From an uncultured Planctomycetaceae bacterium (GTDB lineage: Bacteria; Planctomycetota; Planctomycetia; Pirellulales; PALSA-1355), in assembly GCA_963787355.1 (NCBI GenBank), contig CAWBCP010000005.1, positions 58,032 through 122,031 on the forward strand: a stretch of 64,000 bases of DNA. Reading direction: 5' to 3'. The translations under genes were made by a program, and so were the position numbers. Under the pieces are notes generated by a model. It was not told where the DNA came from. It did not search any database and was given only the letters and a program-made list of their open reading frames with translations. This document shows, piece after piece, positions 49,591-60,324 of this stretch (position 1 is its first letter; each line of letters begins with the position of its first letter).

Positions 49591-50555
49591 CCATTCGACT
49601 CGGTCGCCTGCATCAACCCGCGCAGGTAACCGAAGGCGAACAGCCGGCCCTTCATCGTGTAGCCCGGCTCGCCGTCGTCTTCGCCGACCAGTTGCGGCAC
49701 ATGATCCGGCCGGATCGGCCCGTCGAAACCCGCCTCGCGATAGGCCCGCACGGCCGCGACCATGTCAGTTTGGCCATTGTCGTGAAACGTCTCGGCGAAC
49801 GAATTCGCGGTGCCGCGGATGTCGCGAAAGTGAACGTAGCCAATGTGGCGGCCCAGGCGGCGAATCGTTGCCGGAATATCGACGCCCATTTCGGCGAACG
49901 TCCCCTGGCAGAAGCAGATCGCGTTGGCCGGGCTGGGAACCAGCTCGACCAGGTGCTCGAAGCTCTCCACCGAGCTCATGATCCGCGCCTTGCCCATGAA
50001 CTCCGCCAGCGGCGGATCGTCGGGATGCATGGCCAGCGTGACCCCGCATTGCTCGGCCACGGGCACGAGCTCCTTGAGCAACCCTTCGAGGTTCCTCCAC
50101 AGCGCGTCCGCCGAAATCCGCTCGCCACCCACGTCGGGCATCGTGCTGGCCCCGTCGTGTCCCAGCAGGATGGCCCGCTGTGCGTCGTCAAGGTTGAAGG
50201 CCGTGACCTTGGCCCCGCCACGTTCCGGCACGTCGAGCCTGGTGCGCACCCAATCGGTGCCGGCCATGAAGTTGTAGCAAAGAATCGGAACTCCGGCCGC
50301 GCCCATGTTGCGCACCAGGGTCTTCAGCTCGCCGAGCTCCGAGCCGTCGTCACGGCCGAGCTTGATGTTCTCCAGTGGCAGGTAACCCTCGATCACCGCC
50401 AGCCGCAGCCCGAACGCTTCGACGCGCCGCTTCTCTGCCAGCAGATCGTCCAGCTCGGGACCCGGATAGCGCGTGACGACGTCGCTAACGCCGCACTGCG
50501 CGGCCAGCGTCAGGTTCTCGTCCGACATCGGCGTCAGCACCGTGGCCAGCCGCAT
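49575..50555 (-). CDS. mannonate dehydratase (UxuA)-like xylose-isomerase-fold TIM-barrel enzyme
   Basis: ...AMHPDDPP...RIMSSVE...YVHFRDIRG...FHDNGQTDM...RPDHVP... matches the UxuA family. Confidence 0.65.
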   Translation of the reverse strand: MRLATVLTPMSDENLTLAAQCGVSDVVTRYPGPELDDLLAEKRRVEAFGLRLAVIEGYLPLENIKLGRDDGSELGELKTLVRNMGAAGVPILCYNFMAGTDWVRTRLDVPERGGAKVTAFNLDDAQRAILLGHDGASTMPDVGGERISADALWRNLEGLLKELVPVAEQCGVTLAMHPDDPPLAEFMGKARIMSSVESFEHLVELVPSPANAICFCQGTFAEMGVDIPATIRRLGRHIGYVHFRDIRGTANSFAETFHDNGQTDMVAAVRAYREAGFDGPIRPDHVPQLVGEDDGEPGYTMKGRLFAFGYLRGLMQATESNGHAAS

Positions 50556-50603
50556 GCGATTCTCCCGAAGTCTCGACAAACGTTGTGTAAGGGACCAACT
50601 CGC

Positions 50604-51716
50604 TCAACCTGCGGCCGCCACCGCCTGCAACAGGCCCTTGATATAGCCGTAGCTGAAAGCGAACGCCTGCCGCCCGTCGGGATCGTCCGGATGACCGGGC
50701 ACGTGATCGGGCATCACCATGTACGGGTAGTCGACCTCGGCCAGCGTGCGCATCACGGCCAGCATGTCCATGTCGCCGTTGTCGAGGTAGACTTCCTGGA
50801 AGTCGTCGCGGTGGCCGCGGATGTTGCGAAAGTGGATGTTGAAGATCTTCTGCCGCGCGCCGAAGTAGCGGATCACGTCGTGAATTTCGACGGCCGGGTC
50901 GGCCAGCATTTCGGCCGTCGTGCCCAGGCACAGGTTCAGCCCGTGATAAGGGCTCTCCTGAATCGACACGAAGCGCTTCAGCCCCTCCACCGTCCCCAGC
51001 ACGCGCGAGATTCCCTGAAAGCCCTCCGGCGGCATGCCCGGGTCGTGCGGGTGGCAGGCGGCGCGGATTTTGTATTCGTTACAGACCGGGATCACGCGGT
51101 CGAGGAAATAAGTGATTCGCTCCCAGGCCATGTCCTCCGTGACGCGTCCGGCGCGGGTCAGCGGTGGGTCCGCTTTGGCCTGCTTGAGCTTCCAGGTGCT
51201 GTAGCGCGAGCCGCCGCGGCCGCTGGTGGAAGTGGTTCGCGGGACGCCCAGCAGGCTCATGTTGTACTTGATCGCCGGGATGCCCGCCTTGGCGCAATTC
51301 GCGATCATGATGTTGACATACTCGATGTCGCGATCGCGCTGGGGGCTTTGGCCCAGCATGATCGCCCCGCGCCGCTCGCGATCGATGTGGCTGGACGACA
51401 AAAAGGGCAAGGCCACGATGTCGAGCGCCACGTCGTGCCGTTCGCACAGATCGCGAGTCTTCTCCAGGTCTTCGACCCTCCAATAGCCCCGCGCACCGGG
51501 ATCGGGCGGGTAGCCGCAGGCGTGATCCACGCCGTGCCGCTTGAAGTATTGAAGCGTCTCGGCCGTGGTGGGCCCGCGCTGCGTGCCGACGACCATCCGC
51601 ACGGTCCGATGCTTCGGCTTGGCGCCGGCCTCGGGCGGCGCGGCCTGCAGCGTCTCGACCGAGCCCAGGACCGTCGCCGCGCCGCTCAATGACAGGAAAC
51701 GACGTCGTCTCATCAT
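50604..51716 (-). CDS. mannonate dehydratase (UxuA)-like enzyme with Tat signal peptide (paralog of previous)
   Basis: Tat signal MMRRRRFLSLSGAATVLG; ...ACHPHDPGMPPEGF...FNIHFRNIRGHRDDFQEVYLDNGDMDM...MPDHVPGHPDDP. Confidence 0.65.
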   Translation of the reverse strand: MMRRRRFLSLSGAATVLGSVETLQAAPPEAGAKPKHRTVRMVVGTQRGPTTAETLQYFKRHGVDHACGYPPDPGARGYWRVEDLEKTRDLCERHDVALDIVALPFLSSSHIDRERRGAIMLGQSPQRDRDIEYVNIMIANCAKAGIPAIKYNMSLLGVPRTTSTSGRGGSRYSTWKLKQAKADPPLTRAGRVTEDMAWERITYFLDRVIPVCNEYKIRAACHPHDPGMPPEGFQGISRVLGTVEGLKRFVSIQESPYHGLNLCLGTTAEMLADPAVEIHDVIRYFGARQKIFNIHFRNIRGHRDDFQEVYLDNGDMDMLAVMRTLAEVDYPYMVMPDHVPGHPDDPDGRQAFAFSYGYIKGLLQAVAAAG

Positions 51717-51874
51717 GATGCCAACTCCAGAATAGAGCCGCGACGAAACCTGCCAGCTTCGTAACGCGTGAGCGTCGAACTAAACAGTTGGAATCGGGCC
51801 TCGCGCTGGCTTATGCTAACACCCGAAAGCCTGGGCAACCCGTCGCCACGCTGTCATGCGAAAGGAAAGCACTC

Positions 51875-52273
51875 ATGGCCACGAAACCCGCTGTCGAATC
51901 GATTGCTACGCAGTCCGAGTTGGAAACGCCCCCGGCCGCAACGCGTCCCGCCAAGGCGAAGCGTCGCCGCCGGAAGGCCAGCAAGCAGCGTACCACAACA
52001 AAGTCGGTGGCAAAACCAGCCGCCAAACAGGTCCGCAAGAAGCGGCCGACCAAGAAGCGCGGGCCGAAAAAGGCCCGCAAGAAAGCAAGTAAGATGGCGA
52101 CGGCAACCAGGCGACCAAAGAAACGTTCCGCGAAAAGACTTGCGGCGCCCACCGACGGGCGAAGCCATGCCCTGAGTCTCGACGACCTGGTCGAGGTCAA
52201 AAAAATCGCGGACCAGCTCGGCGGCATCCAACGACTCGACGAAGCCTTGCAGGCACTAAAGAAACTGCTGTAG
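51875..52273 (+). CDS. Lys/Arg-rich histone-H1-like basic protein with conserved C-terminal domain
   Basis: ATG 51875 with GAAAGGAAAG upstream; ~90-aa K/R/A/P-rich low-complexity region followed by ...LSLDDLVEVKKIADQLGGIQRLDEALQALKKLL. Confidence 0.55.
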   Translation: MATKPAVESIATQSELETPPAATRPAKAKRRRRKASKQRTTTKSVAKPAAKQVRKKRPTKKRGPKKARKKASKMATATRRPKKRSAKRLAAPTDGRSHALSLDDLVEVKKIADQLGGIQRLDEALQALKKLL

Positions 52274-52274
52274 G

Positions 52275-53138
52275 TTGGCCAGGCCCATGAAACGATCGGC
52301 CAAGTTGTGGGCATGGGTCCTCGTGCTGGGCGTTGCCTCGCCGCTCGGGGCGCTCGCCGACGATCATCTTTCGATTTCAACCGCGACGCGCGACGACGAC
52401 GGACTGCTGGTCCACGAAGTGCGATCCGACCTGCAGGGCGGCAAGACCCGGATTCGCGTGTTGACTCCGAGCGACGTGGTTGCCGGGCGTCGCTACCCGG
52501 TCGTCTACGTTCTGCCGGTCGAGCCGCCGGGCGGCCATCGCTACGGCGACGGCATGCTCGAGGTCAAGCAGCAGGCACTTCACGGCAAGCACCGGGCGAT
52601 TTTCGTCGGCCCCGATTTTTCCCGCCTCCCCTGGTACGCCGATCACCCTACCGATCCGACGATTCGCCAGGAGCGCTACTTCATCGAGGTCGTGGTCCCG
52701 TTCATCGAGCGCACCTATCCAGCAATTGCGGAACCCAACGGCCGATTTCTCCTCGGCTTCAGCAAGTCGGGCTGGGGCGCGTGGAGCCTGATGTTGCGCC
52801 ATCCGGACAGCTTCGAGCGCGCCGCCGCCTGGGACGCCCCGCTGATGATGGACCGCATTGGCAAGTACGGCTCGGCCGAAATACTTGGCACCGAGGAAAA
52901 CTTTGCCGCCTACCAGCTCACCACGCTCGTGCGCCAGCGGGCCAGCACGCTCGGCGATCGCCCACGCTTGTTGCTGTTAGGCTACAGCGGCTTTCGCCAC
53001 GACCACCAGCAGATGCACGCCCTGCTCGACGAGCTGCGCATTGGGCACATCTACCGCGATGGCCCCCAGCGCAAGCACGACTGGCACAGCGGCTGGCTCG
53101 CCGAAGCCGTCGAACTGCTGCTGGGCGGCGAACCCTGA
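52275..53138 (+). CDS. esterase family protein (alpha/beta hydrolase, esterase-D-like), secreted
   Basis: Signal peptide; GxSxG (GFSKSGWGA); pattern similar to putative esterase PF00756. Confidence 0.65.
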   Translation: MARPMKRSAKLWAWVLVLGVASPLGALADDHLSISTATRDDDGLLVHEVRSDLQGGKTRIRVLTPSDVVAGRRYPVVYVLPVEPPGGHRYGDGMLEVKQQALHGKHRAIFVGPDFSRLPWYADHPTDPTIRQERYFIEVVVPFIERTYPAIAEPNGRFLLGFSKSGWGAWSLMLRHPDSFERAAAWDAPLMMDRIGKYGSAEILGTEENFAAYQLTTLVRQRASTLGDRPRLLLLGYSGFRHDHQQMHALLDELRIGHIYRDGPQRKHDWHSGWLAEAVELLLGGEP

Positions 53139-53222
53139 CCGCCCTGTCGAGCGGGTGCACGGTTGCCCGATCGGGGTTAAGATGGGGCGAGCAGAATCCC
53201 TGAGCCGGAGCGAGTTGCAGCG

Positions 53223-56200
53223 ATGAGAAGAGGACGATTGGCGTTGGTCGTGGCGGTCTCGTTGCTCGTTTTGGCGGTGACCGATGGCCCCCCGAGACGG
53301 CTAGCGGCCGAGGACGCCCCTGCCAAGCCCGCCGGCGCAGGCGCTGTCGGGCGCGAGCAACGCCAAGCCGGTCGATTTCGCGCCGTTGGCGGCCGACTTT
53401 TCCGGCACGGCCCAGCCGCTGGTCAAGCAGTTCTGCCTGGAGTGCCACTCGACCGACGCCCAGGAAGGGGAGCTCGACCTGGAGCGCTTCGCGCGGTTCG
53501 ACGACGTGCGGCGCGACACGAAAGCCTGGATGAAGGTCCAGGAAATGCTCGACAACGGCGAGATGCCCCCCAAGGACGCCGAGCAACCCTCGGCCGACCA
53601 GCGCAAGCAACTGCGCGGCTGGGTCGAACGATATCTGCACGCCGAAGGCCTGGCCGCTGCCGGCGATCCGGGGCCCGTCGTGCTCCGCCGACTGAGCAAT
53701 GCCGAGTACACCTACACGGTCCGCGATCTGACCGGCGTGCCGCTCGACCCCGCCAAGGAGTTTCCCGCGGATAGCGCCTCGGGCGAAGGCTTCGCCAACA
53801 CGGGCAACTCGCTCGTGATGTCGCCCGCGCTGTTGACCAAATATCTCGATGCCGGCAAGGACATCGCCGACCACGCCGTGCTGCTGCCCGATGGCTTCCG
53901 CTTTTCGCCCTTCAGCACGCGGCGCGATTGGACCAACGAAATCCTGGCCGAGATTCGCGATTTCTACCGCCGCTACAGCACCGTGGGCGGGGCCGAGACG
54001 GTCGTCCAACAGGGCATCGAGCTCGACAAGAACAAGGGGGGCGCGCTGCCTTTGCAAGCGTACCTGACGGCGTCGCTCGAATTGCGCGAGCCCGGGAAGA
54101 GCGTCGAGGCCGTGGCCAAACAGCAGGGCTTGAGCGCGAAGTATCTCGGCTCGCTGGTCGCGCTTCTCAAGAGCGATCGCCCCTCGCCCTTGCTCGACGG
54201 CCTGCGGGCTCACTGGCGCACGGCGAAGAGCGACGACGTGGCCGCGATGGTGGCCGAGATTGGCCAATGGCAGCAGGCGCTGTGGAAGTTCAACAGCGTC
54301 GGCCACATCGGCAAGGTGAACGGCCCGAAATCGTGGATGGAGGGCGTCACCCCGCTGGTGGCCCAGCAGGAGTTCCGCCTCAAGCTCGCGCCGCCGGCAA
54401 GCGGCAACGAAGTCATTGCGTATTTCGTCGCCGGCGACGCGGGCGATGGCCACGACGCCGACTTTGTCGTCTGGCAGCAGCCCCGATTGCTGATTCCCGG
54501 CCGAGCGCCGATCTTGCTGCGAGACGTGCGCGAGGTCGTCCGCGAGCTGACGGCGCGCCGCCAGCGGATTTTTGCCGCCACCGAGAAATCGCTGGCCGCG
54601 GCCGCCGAAGCCATCGCGGCGACTGATAACATTGACGTGGCCGCGCTCGCCCAGCATCACGGCGTGGAGGCCGATGTGCTCAAAGCCTGGTTCGATTACC
54701 TGGGTATTGGCCCGGGCGAGGAAATCAAGCTTGACCATTTCATGACGCCCATTCCCCGCTCGGGCGACTACGATTTCGTCAAGGGCTGGGGCTCGCCCGA
54801 CCTGCCGTCGCTGGTGGCTAACTCGTCCGACCAGCACGTGCGAATCCCCGGCAACATGAAGCCTCATGGCGTCGTCGTCCACCCCACGCCCAAGTTGGCG
54901 GCCGCGGTGGGTTGGCGAAGCCCCGTCAAAGCCGTCCTGCGGATCGAAGGCAAGGTGACGCACGCGCATCCGGAATGCGGCAACGGCGTCACCTGGTCGC
55001 TCGAGCTGCGACACGCCAAGACCCGGCAGCGGCTGGCCGGCGGCGTGGCGCACGGCGGGAACCCGGTCGCGTTCGGCCCAATCGAAAACATCGCGGTGCA
55101 TCCGGGCGACCTTGTTTCGCTGGTGATCGGCCCGCGCGACGGCAATCACTCGTGCGATCTCACGGACCTGGAGTTGGACCTTTCCAGCTCGGGCGACAAG
55201 CCGGAGCATTGGTCGCTCACGCGCGAGGTCTCGCCCGACGTGCTGGCAGGCAATCCCCACGCCGACGCCGCCGGCCGCGCCGGCGTGTGGCACTTTTATT
55301 CCGAGCCGGTGCAAGGCACGAGCGGGCCCGTGCTGCCGGCCGGATCGCTATTGGCCCGCTGGCAAGCCGCCGACGACGCGGCCGAGAAGCAGCAACTGGC
55401 TGGGGCCGTGCAAAAGCTGCTGAGCTCTCCGCCGCCCGAGGGAGACGGCCCCGACGCGGCCCTCTATCGCCAGTTGACTTCGCTGGCGGGCCCGTTGTTT
55501 TCCGGAGCGCCGGCGAATCCTCCACCCGCGGACAATACCGCGCCTGTTCCCTGGGGATTGGACGCGTCGCAGTTTGGCAAGCATCCGGCCGCCGACGCGC
55601 CGAGCGATTCGATCGCGGCCGACAGCTTGTGCGTCCAGGCGCCTTCGATCCTCGAAATCCGCCTGCCGGCCGACCTGGTCGCCGGCAGCGAGCTGGTCAC
55701 CACCGGCGAGCTCGACAAGACCGCGGGCCGCGAAGGCAGCGTGCAATTGCAAGTGACAACGACCAGGCCCCCGCTTCCGTCGGGCTTGCAGCCCAGCGGC
55801 ACCAAGATCGGCACCGCCGCCGGAACCTGGAGCGCCAACAACCAGACGGTGTCTTACGCCACCCCCGTCGTCGTCAACGACGGCAGCCAGGCGCGCAAGC
55901 GCTACGAGACGTGCTTCGCCGAATTCCGCGAAATGTTTCCGGCCGCGTTGTGCTACACCAAGATCGTGCCGGTCGACGAAGTGGTGACGCTCACGCTGTA
56001 CCATCGCGAGGACGACTACTTGTCGCGGTTGATCCTCGACGATGCCCAGAAGGCCGAGCTCGACCGGCTGTGGGACGAGCTGCATTTCGTCAGCCAGGAC
56101 GCGCTGAAGCTGGTCGACGCCTTCGAACAGTTGTGGCAATTCGCCACGCAGGATGCCGATCCGGCCGCGTTCGAACCGCTGCGCAAGCCGATCAACGATC

Positions 56201-57522
56201 GGGCCGCGGCCTTTCGCATCGCGCTGGTCGAGGCCGAGCCCAAGCAGGTCGACGCCCTGGTCGACTTCGCCGCGCGAGCCTACCGCCGTCCGCTGGCCAC
56301 TGCCGAGGCCGACAAGCTGCGGGCCCTGTATAGTTCGCTCCGCCAGCAGGAATTGTCGCACGACGAGGCATTGCGCTTCATGCTGGCCCGCATTTTTGTC
56401 GCACCGGCATTCTTGTATCGCCTGGAAGAGGCGCCCGACACCGCTGGGTCCGCTCCGGTGAGCGACTGGGAGTTGGCCAGCCGGCTGAGCTATTTCCTCT
56501 GGTCGTCGCAGCCCGACGAGGAGCTGCGCGCCGCCGCGGCGGCGGGCCGCTTGCACGAGCCGGAAGTGCTCGAGGCCCAGGCGAAGCGGATGCTGGCCGA
56601 TCCGAAGATTCGCCGGCTGGCCACCGAGTTCGCCTGCCAGTGGCTGCACATCTATGAGTTCGACGCGCTCGACGAGAAGAGCGAGCAGCACTTTCCCGAA
56701 TTTGCCGGGCTGCGCGGCGCGATGTACGAGGAAGCGATCCGGTTCTTCACCGACTTGTTCCAGCGCGACGGCAGCCTGCTGGGCGTGCTCGATGCGGACC
56801 ACACGTTCGTCAACGACAAGCTGGCCAGCTTCTACGGCATCCCAGGCGTCAAGGGCGGCCAGTGGCGGCGCGTCGACGGCGTCCAGAAATATGGCCGCGG
56901 CGGCATTCTCGGCCTGGCGGCCACGCTGGCCAAGCAATCGGGCGCGTCGCGCACCAGCCCGATCTTGCGCGGCAACTGGATGTGCGAAGTCGTGCTCGGC
57001 GAAAGACTGCCCAAGCCGCCCAAGGGCGTGCCGGTGCTGCCCGACGACGAGACAGCCACCGACGGGCTGACCGTTCGGCAAATGGTCGAGCAGCACACGA
57101 GCGACCCCAAATGCCTGGGCTGCCACCGGAGGATCGACCCCTTCGGCTTTGCCCTGGAGGCTTTCGACGCGGTCGGCCGGCGCCGCGAGGTCGATCTGGC
57201 CAAGCGGCCAATCGACACCAAGACGTCGCTTCCCGACGGTACGCCGGTCGACGGCCTGACGGCCTGCGCAACTACCTGGTCGGATACGCGGCGCGAGGCT
57301 TTCCTCCGCCAGTTCTGCCGCAAGCTGCTGGGTTATGCCCTGGGCCGTGCCGTGCAGCTCTCCGACGAGCCGCTGCTCGACGAAATGCGCCAGCAACTGG
57401 CCAAGAACGATTACCGCTTCTCGGTGGCCGTCGATGCGATCATCCGCAGCCGCCAGTTTCGCGAGATCCGCGGCAAGGCGGCCCAAGTTGCCGAATCGCC
57501 GCTAAGCTTTGCTAAAATAAAC
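53223..57522 (+). CDS. DUF1592-family (with DUF1587/DUF1595/DUF1588/DUF1585-like regions) planctomycete secreted heme-motif protein; N-terminal frameshift and missing in-frame stop
   Basis: Signal peptide in the 53223 frame; after ~53380 the body (CLECHS..., ~1380 aa) is in the 53386 frame. The 3' end is approximate: as sequenced the frame runs on into the DUF1552 gene with no stop, while both other frames carry TAA near 57500-57515. Confidence 0.6.
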
Positions 57523-57570
57523 TCGATCCACCCGATCATCCCGCCAACTTTTCCCGCCCAAAGGCCGACC

Positions 57571-59043
57571 ATGAAAGCGCACCATTTTTCCCGTCGCACG
57601 TTTCTCCGCGGCGTGGGCGTGACGATGGCGCTGCCCTGGATGGAGTCGCTCTGCGTCTGGGGCGACGAGGCCACTAGCACGCTCGAGCCCGCCAGCCAGG
57701 CGCCCGTGCGGCTGGCCGTGCTGTTCTCCGGCAACGGCTTTCACAGCAAGGAGTGGTGGGCCAAGGGCGAAGGCAAGCAGATGGAGCTCGGCAAGGTGCT
57801 CGCGCCCTTGACCGACTTCCGCGAGAAGATGCTCTTCATCCGCGGGCTGTACAACGAAGAGGCCCTCAAGGGAAACATCCACAGCTCGCAGACCGGCAAC
57901 CTGCTGTCCGGGGCCCCGCTGGCCTCGGGCGGCGAAATCCGGTCGGGCACCAGCATCGACCAGCTCCTGGCCCAGCGGCATGGCCACTCGACCAAGGTGC
58001 CCAGCCTGGTGCTGGGCTGCGAGAAGTCGAACCCGTCGGTCCACAAGAACTACTCGATGCTCTACAGCTCGCACATCTCGTGGAGCTCGCCGACCACGCC
58101 GACGCCGCTGGAGCTTTATCCGGCGCTGGCGTTCGACCGGCTGTTCAAGGACGAAGTGCAGCGGGGCGACAAGAGCGTGCTCGACGCGGTGCTCGAAGAC
58201 GCCACGAGCTTTCGCCAGACCATCAGCCGTCCGATCAACGCAAGCTCGACGAGTACCTCGACTCGGTCCGCGAGGTCGAAGCAGCGCATCGACCAGGCCG
58301 GCAAGCGGGGCGAGCTGCAGGGCTGGCGGCCGACGCTCGACAAGCCCAACATCGCCGCGTCCGGCCGACGGCATCCCGCAGAACATCGCCGACCACATGC
58401 GGCTGATGTGCGACATCCTCGTGCTGGGCTTCCAGACCGATACGACGCGCGTCTGCACGCTCAAGCTGAACAACGATCACAGCGCGCTGCGGTTCCCGCA
58501 CCTGGGCGTCGACTACATGATCCACCACCTGCTGTCGCACTCCGACACGGCCGACTGGCTGAAGGTGAACCAGTTCTTCCTGGAGCAACTGGCCTACATC
58601 GCCCGCAAGCTGGACGCGATCCAGGAAGGCGAGCGCACGGCGCTGGACAACTCGATGATCCTGTACTGCTCCAGCATGCTCACCGGCAGCCACGATGCCA
58701 CGAAGCTGCCCGTGGTCCTGCTTGGGCGGCGCCGGCGGGCAGATTCAGCGGGGGCCGGGTGCTCGACTATCTCGATAAGCCCAACCGCAAGATGTGCAGC
58801 CTCTACCTGTCGATGCTCGACAAGTGCGGCGTCCACCTGGACGCGTTCGGCGACTCGAAAAAGCACTGGCCGAGGTGTGAGTGGCGCGAACGGCCCGGTT
58901 CGCGCGACAGGTGTCGCGCAACGAAGAGGCTGTTTCAGAACCGGAAGGTGGCGCAGCGTCGGGTGCCGCTGCTAGCTTGTCTAGCACGGTCTATCGCGGT
59001 GATTGCACTGCTGGGCGAGCCAGGGTGTCCGGGAATTCGATAA
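57571..59043 (+). pseudogene. DUF1552 domain protein (Tat-like signal), multiple frameshifts
   Basis: ATG 57571 gives MKAHHFSRRTFLRGVGVTMALPW.... Conserved blocks DQRKLDEYLDSVREVE, ...HMRLMCDILVLGFQTDTTRVCTLKLNNDHSALRFPHLGVDYMIHHLLSH... and ...VLDYLDKPNRKMCSLYLSMLDKCGVHLDAFGDS lie in three different frames. Confidence 0.65.
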
Positions 59044-59231
59044 AGTGCACGCCGAAGGCGTGAAACAAGTCAGCCCAGGGCAACGCCGGCGTTGCCCTGG
59101 GCTGCCATGTGACGACGCTTGCAGCGTCGGTGACAAGAGCACGCGAGAACGCGGCACCAATTCACGCTTGAATTCCCGGACACCCTCGGACGAGCCAGCA
59201 GTGGTACCCAGATTCGGTTTTGAAACCCCCT

Positions 59232-60314
59232 CTAGATCAACCCCTGCAGTTGGGCGGCTTCCTCGCGCAGCCGATCGGGTCCGCCAAGCAACTGCCGGTT
59301 CGCCCCGATCCGCTTGAACCACAGGTGCAGCCCCAGTTCGGCCGTGAAGCCGATGCCGCCGTGGACTTCGATGGCCTTGCGCGCGACGACGGTCCCCACT
59401 TCGCTGAGGTGGGCCTTGGTGTGACAAGCGGTCAGCCGCGCTTCGTCGGCGATGGCCTCGAAGGCATGAGCGGCATACCACAGCATGGCGCGGCCAGGCT
59501 CCAGCTCGGCCGCCATTTCCGCGCACAGGTGCTTGACCGCCTGGAACGAACCGATCGGACGGCCAAACTGCACGCGGCCTTTCGAGTAGGCCACCGCCCG
59601 ATCGAGCATGTGCTGCGCCGCGCCCAGCGTGTCGGCTGCCAGCATGACGCGTCCCACGTCGAGCACGTCGGCGCACACCGCCGGATCGCTGCTCTTCGGC
59701 AACCGCTCCGCGGCGACGTTCTCGAAGCGCAATTCGCCCACGCGGCGCGTCTTGTCGATTGTCGAGAGCGGCTGGCGCGTGAGCCCCCGCGCGTCGGCTT
59801 CGACGAGGTACAGGGCACGACGTGTGTCGGCCACCAGATAAACGTTGGCGTCGAAGTCCAGCACGAACAGCGCCCGTCCGTTGAGCGTCGAGCCGTCGGA
59901 TTCCACTCGGGCGCCGTCGCGCGAACTTACCGCCTCGCCCAGCGCCGCGCCGGCGATGACGCGGCCTTCGGCCAGTTCCCCCAGCCAGCGCGACTGTTGT
60001 GCTGATGTGCCGGCCAAGGCGATCGCGGCCGGCACCATGGCCACGCTGGCCGCGAAGGGCGCCGGAGCGACGTGGGCGCCAAACACCTCGGCCACCAGCG
60101 CCGCGTCGAGCAGGCTCAGACCGATGCCGCCGTGTTGTTCCGCGATCAGCATTCCCGGAATGCCCAGCTCGCATAGCCCCGCCCACACATCCGCGGCCGA
60201 CGGCGCGTCGTCGTTGACATAGCGCTGGACGCGCTCCAAGGGGGCCTGACGCTGGAGATACCGGCCGACGCTCTCCTGCAACAGTGCCTGCTCTTTGGAA
60301 AGTCCAAAGTCCAT
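59232..60314 (-). CDS. acyl-CoA dehydrogenase family protein (second gene of a likely heteromeric ACAD pair)
   Basis: 360 aa; ACAD C-terminal helical domain pattern (...GRVQFGRPIGSFQAVKHLCAEMAAELE...). Confidence 0.7.
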   Translation of the reverse strand: MDFGLSKEQALLQESVGRYLQRQAPLERVQRYVNDDAPSAADVWAGLCELGIPGMLIAEQHGGIGLSLLDAALVAEVFGAHVAPAPFAASVAMVPAAIALAGTSAQQSRWLGELAEGRVIAGAALGEAVSSRDGARVESDGSTLNGRALFVLDFDANVYLVADTRRALYLVEADARGLTRQPLSTIDKTRRVGELRFENVAAERLPKSSDPAVCADVLDVGRVMLAADTLGAAQHMLDRAVAYSKGRVQFGRPIGSFQAVKHLCAEMAAELEPGRAMLWYAAHAFEAIADEARLTACHTKAHLSEVGTVVARKAIEVHGGIGFTAELGLHLWFKRIGANRQLLGGPDRLREEAAQLQGLI

Positions 60315-60324
60315 GGGTCCCCCG

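Noticed and set aside
49587-57486. Very long antisense ORFs (49587..51692 +, 52918..55314 -, 55348..57486 -)
   Set aside because: Each is the mirror of a well-supported gene (UxuA paralogs, DUF1592). Stop-poor antisense frames are expected at this GC content.
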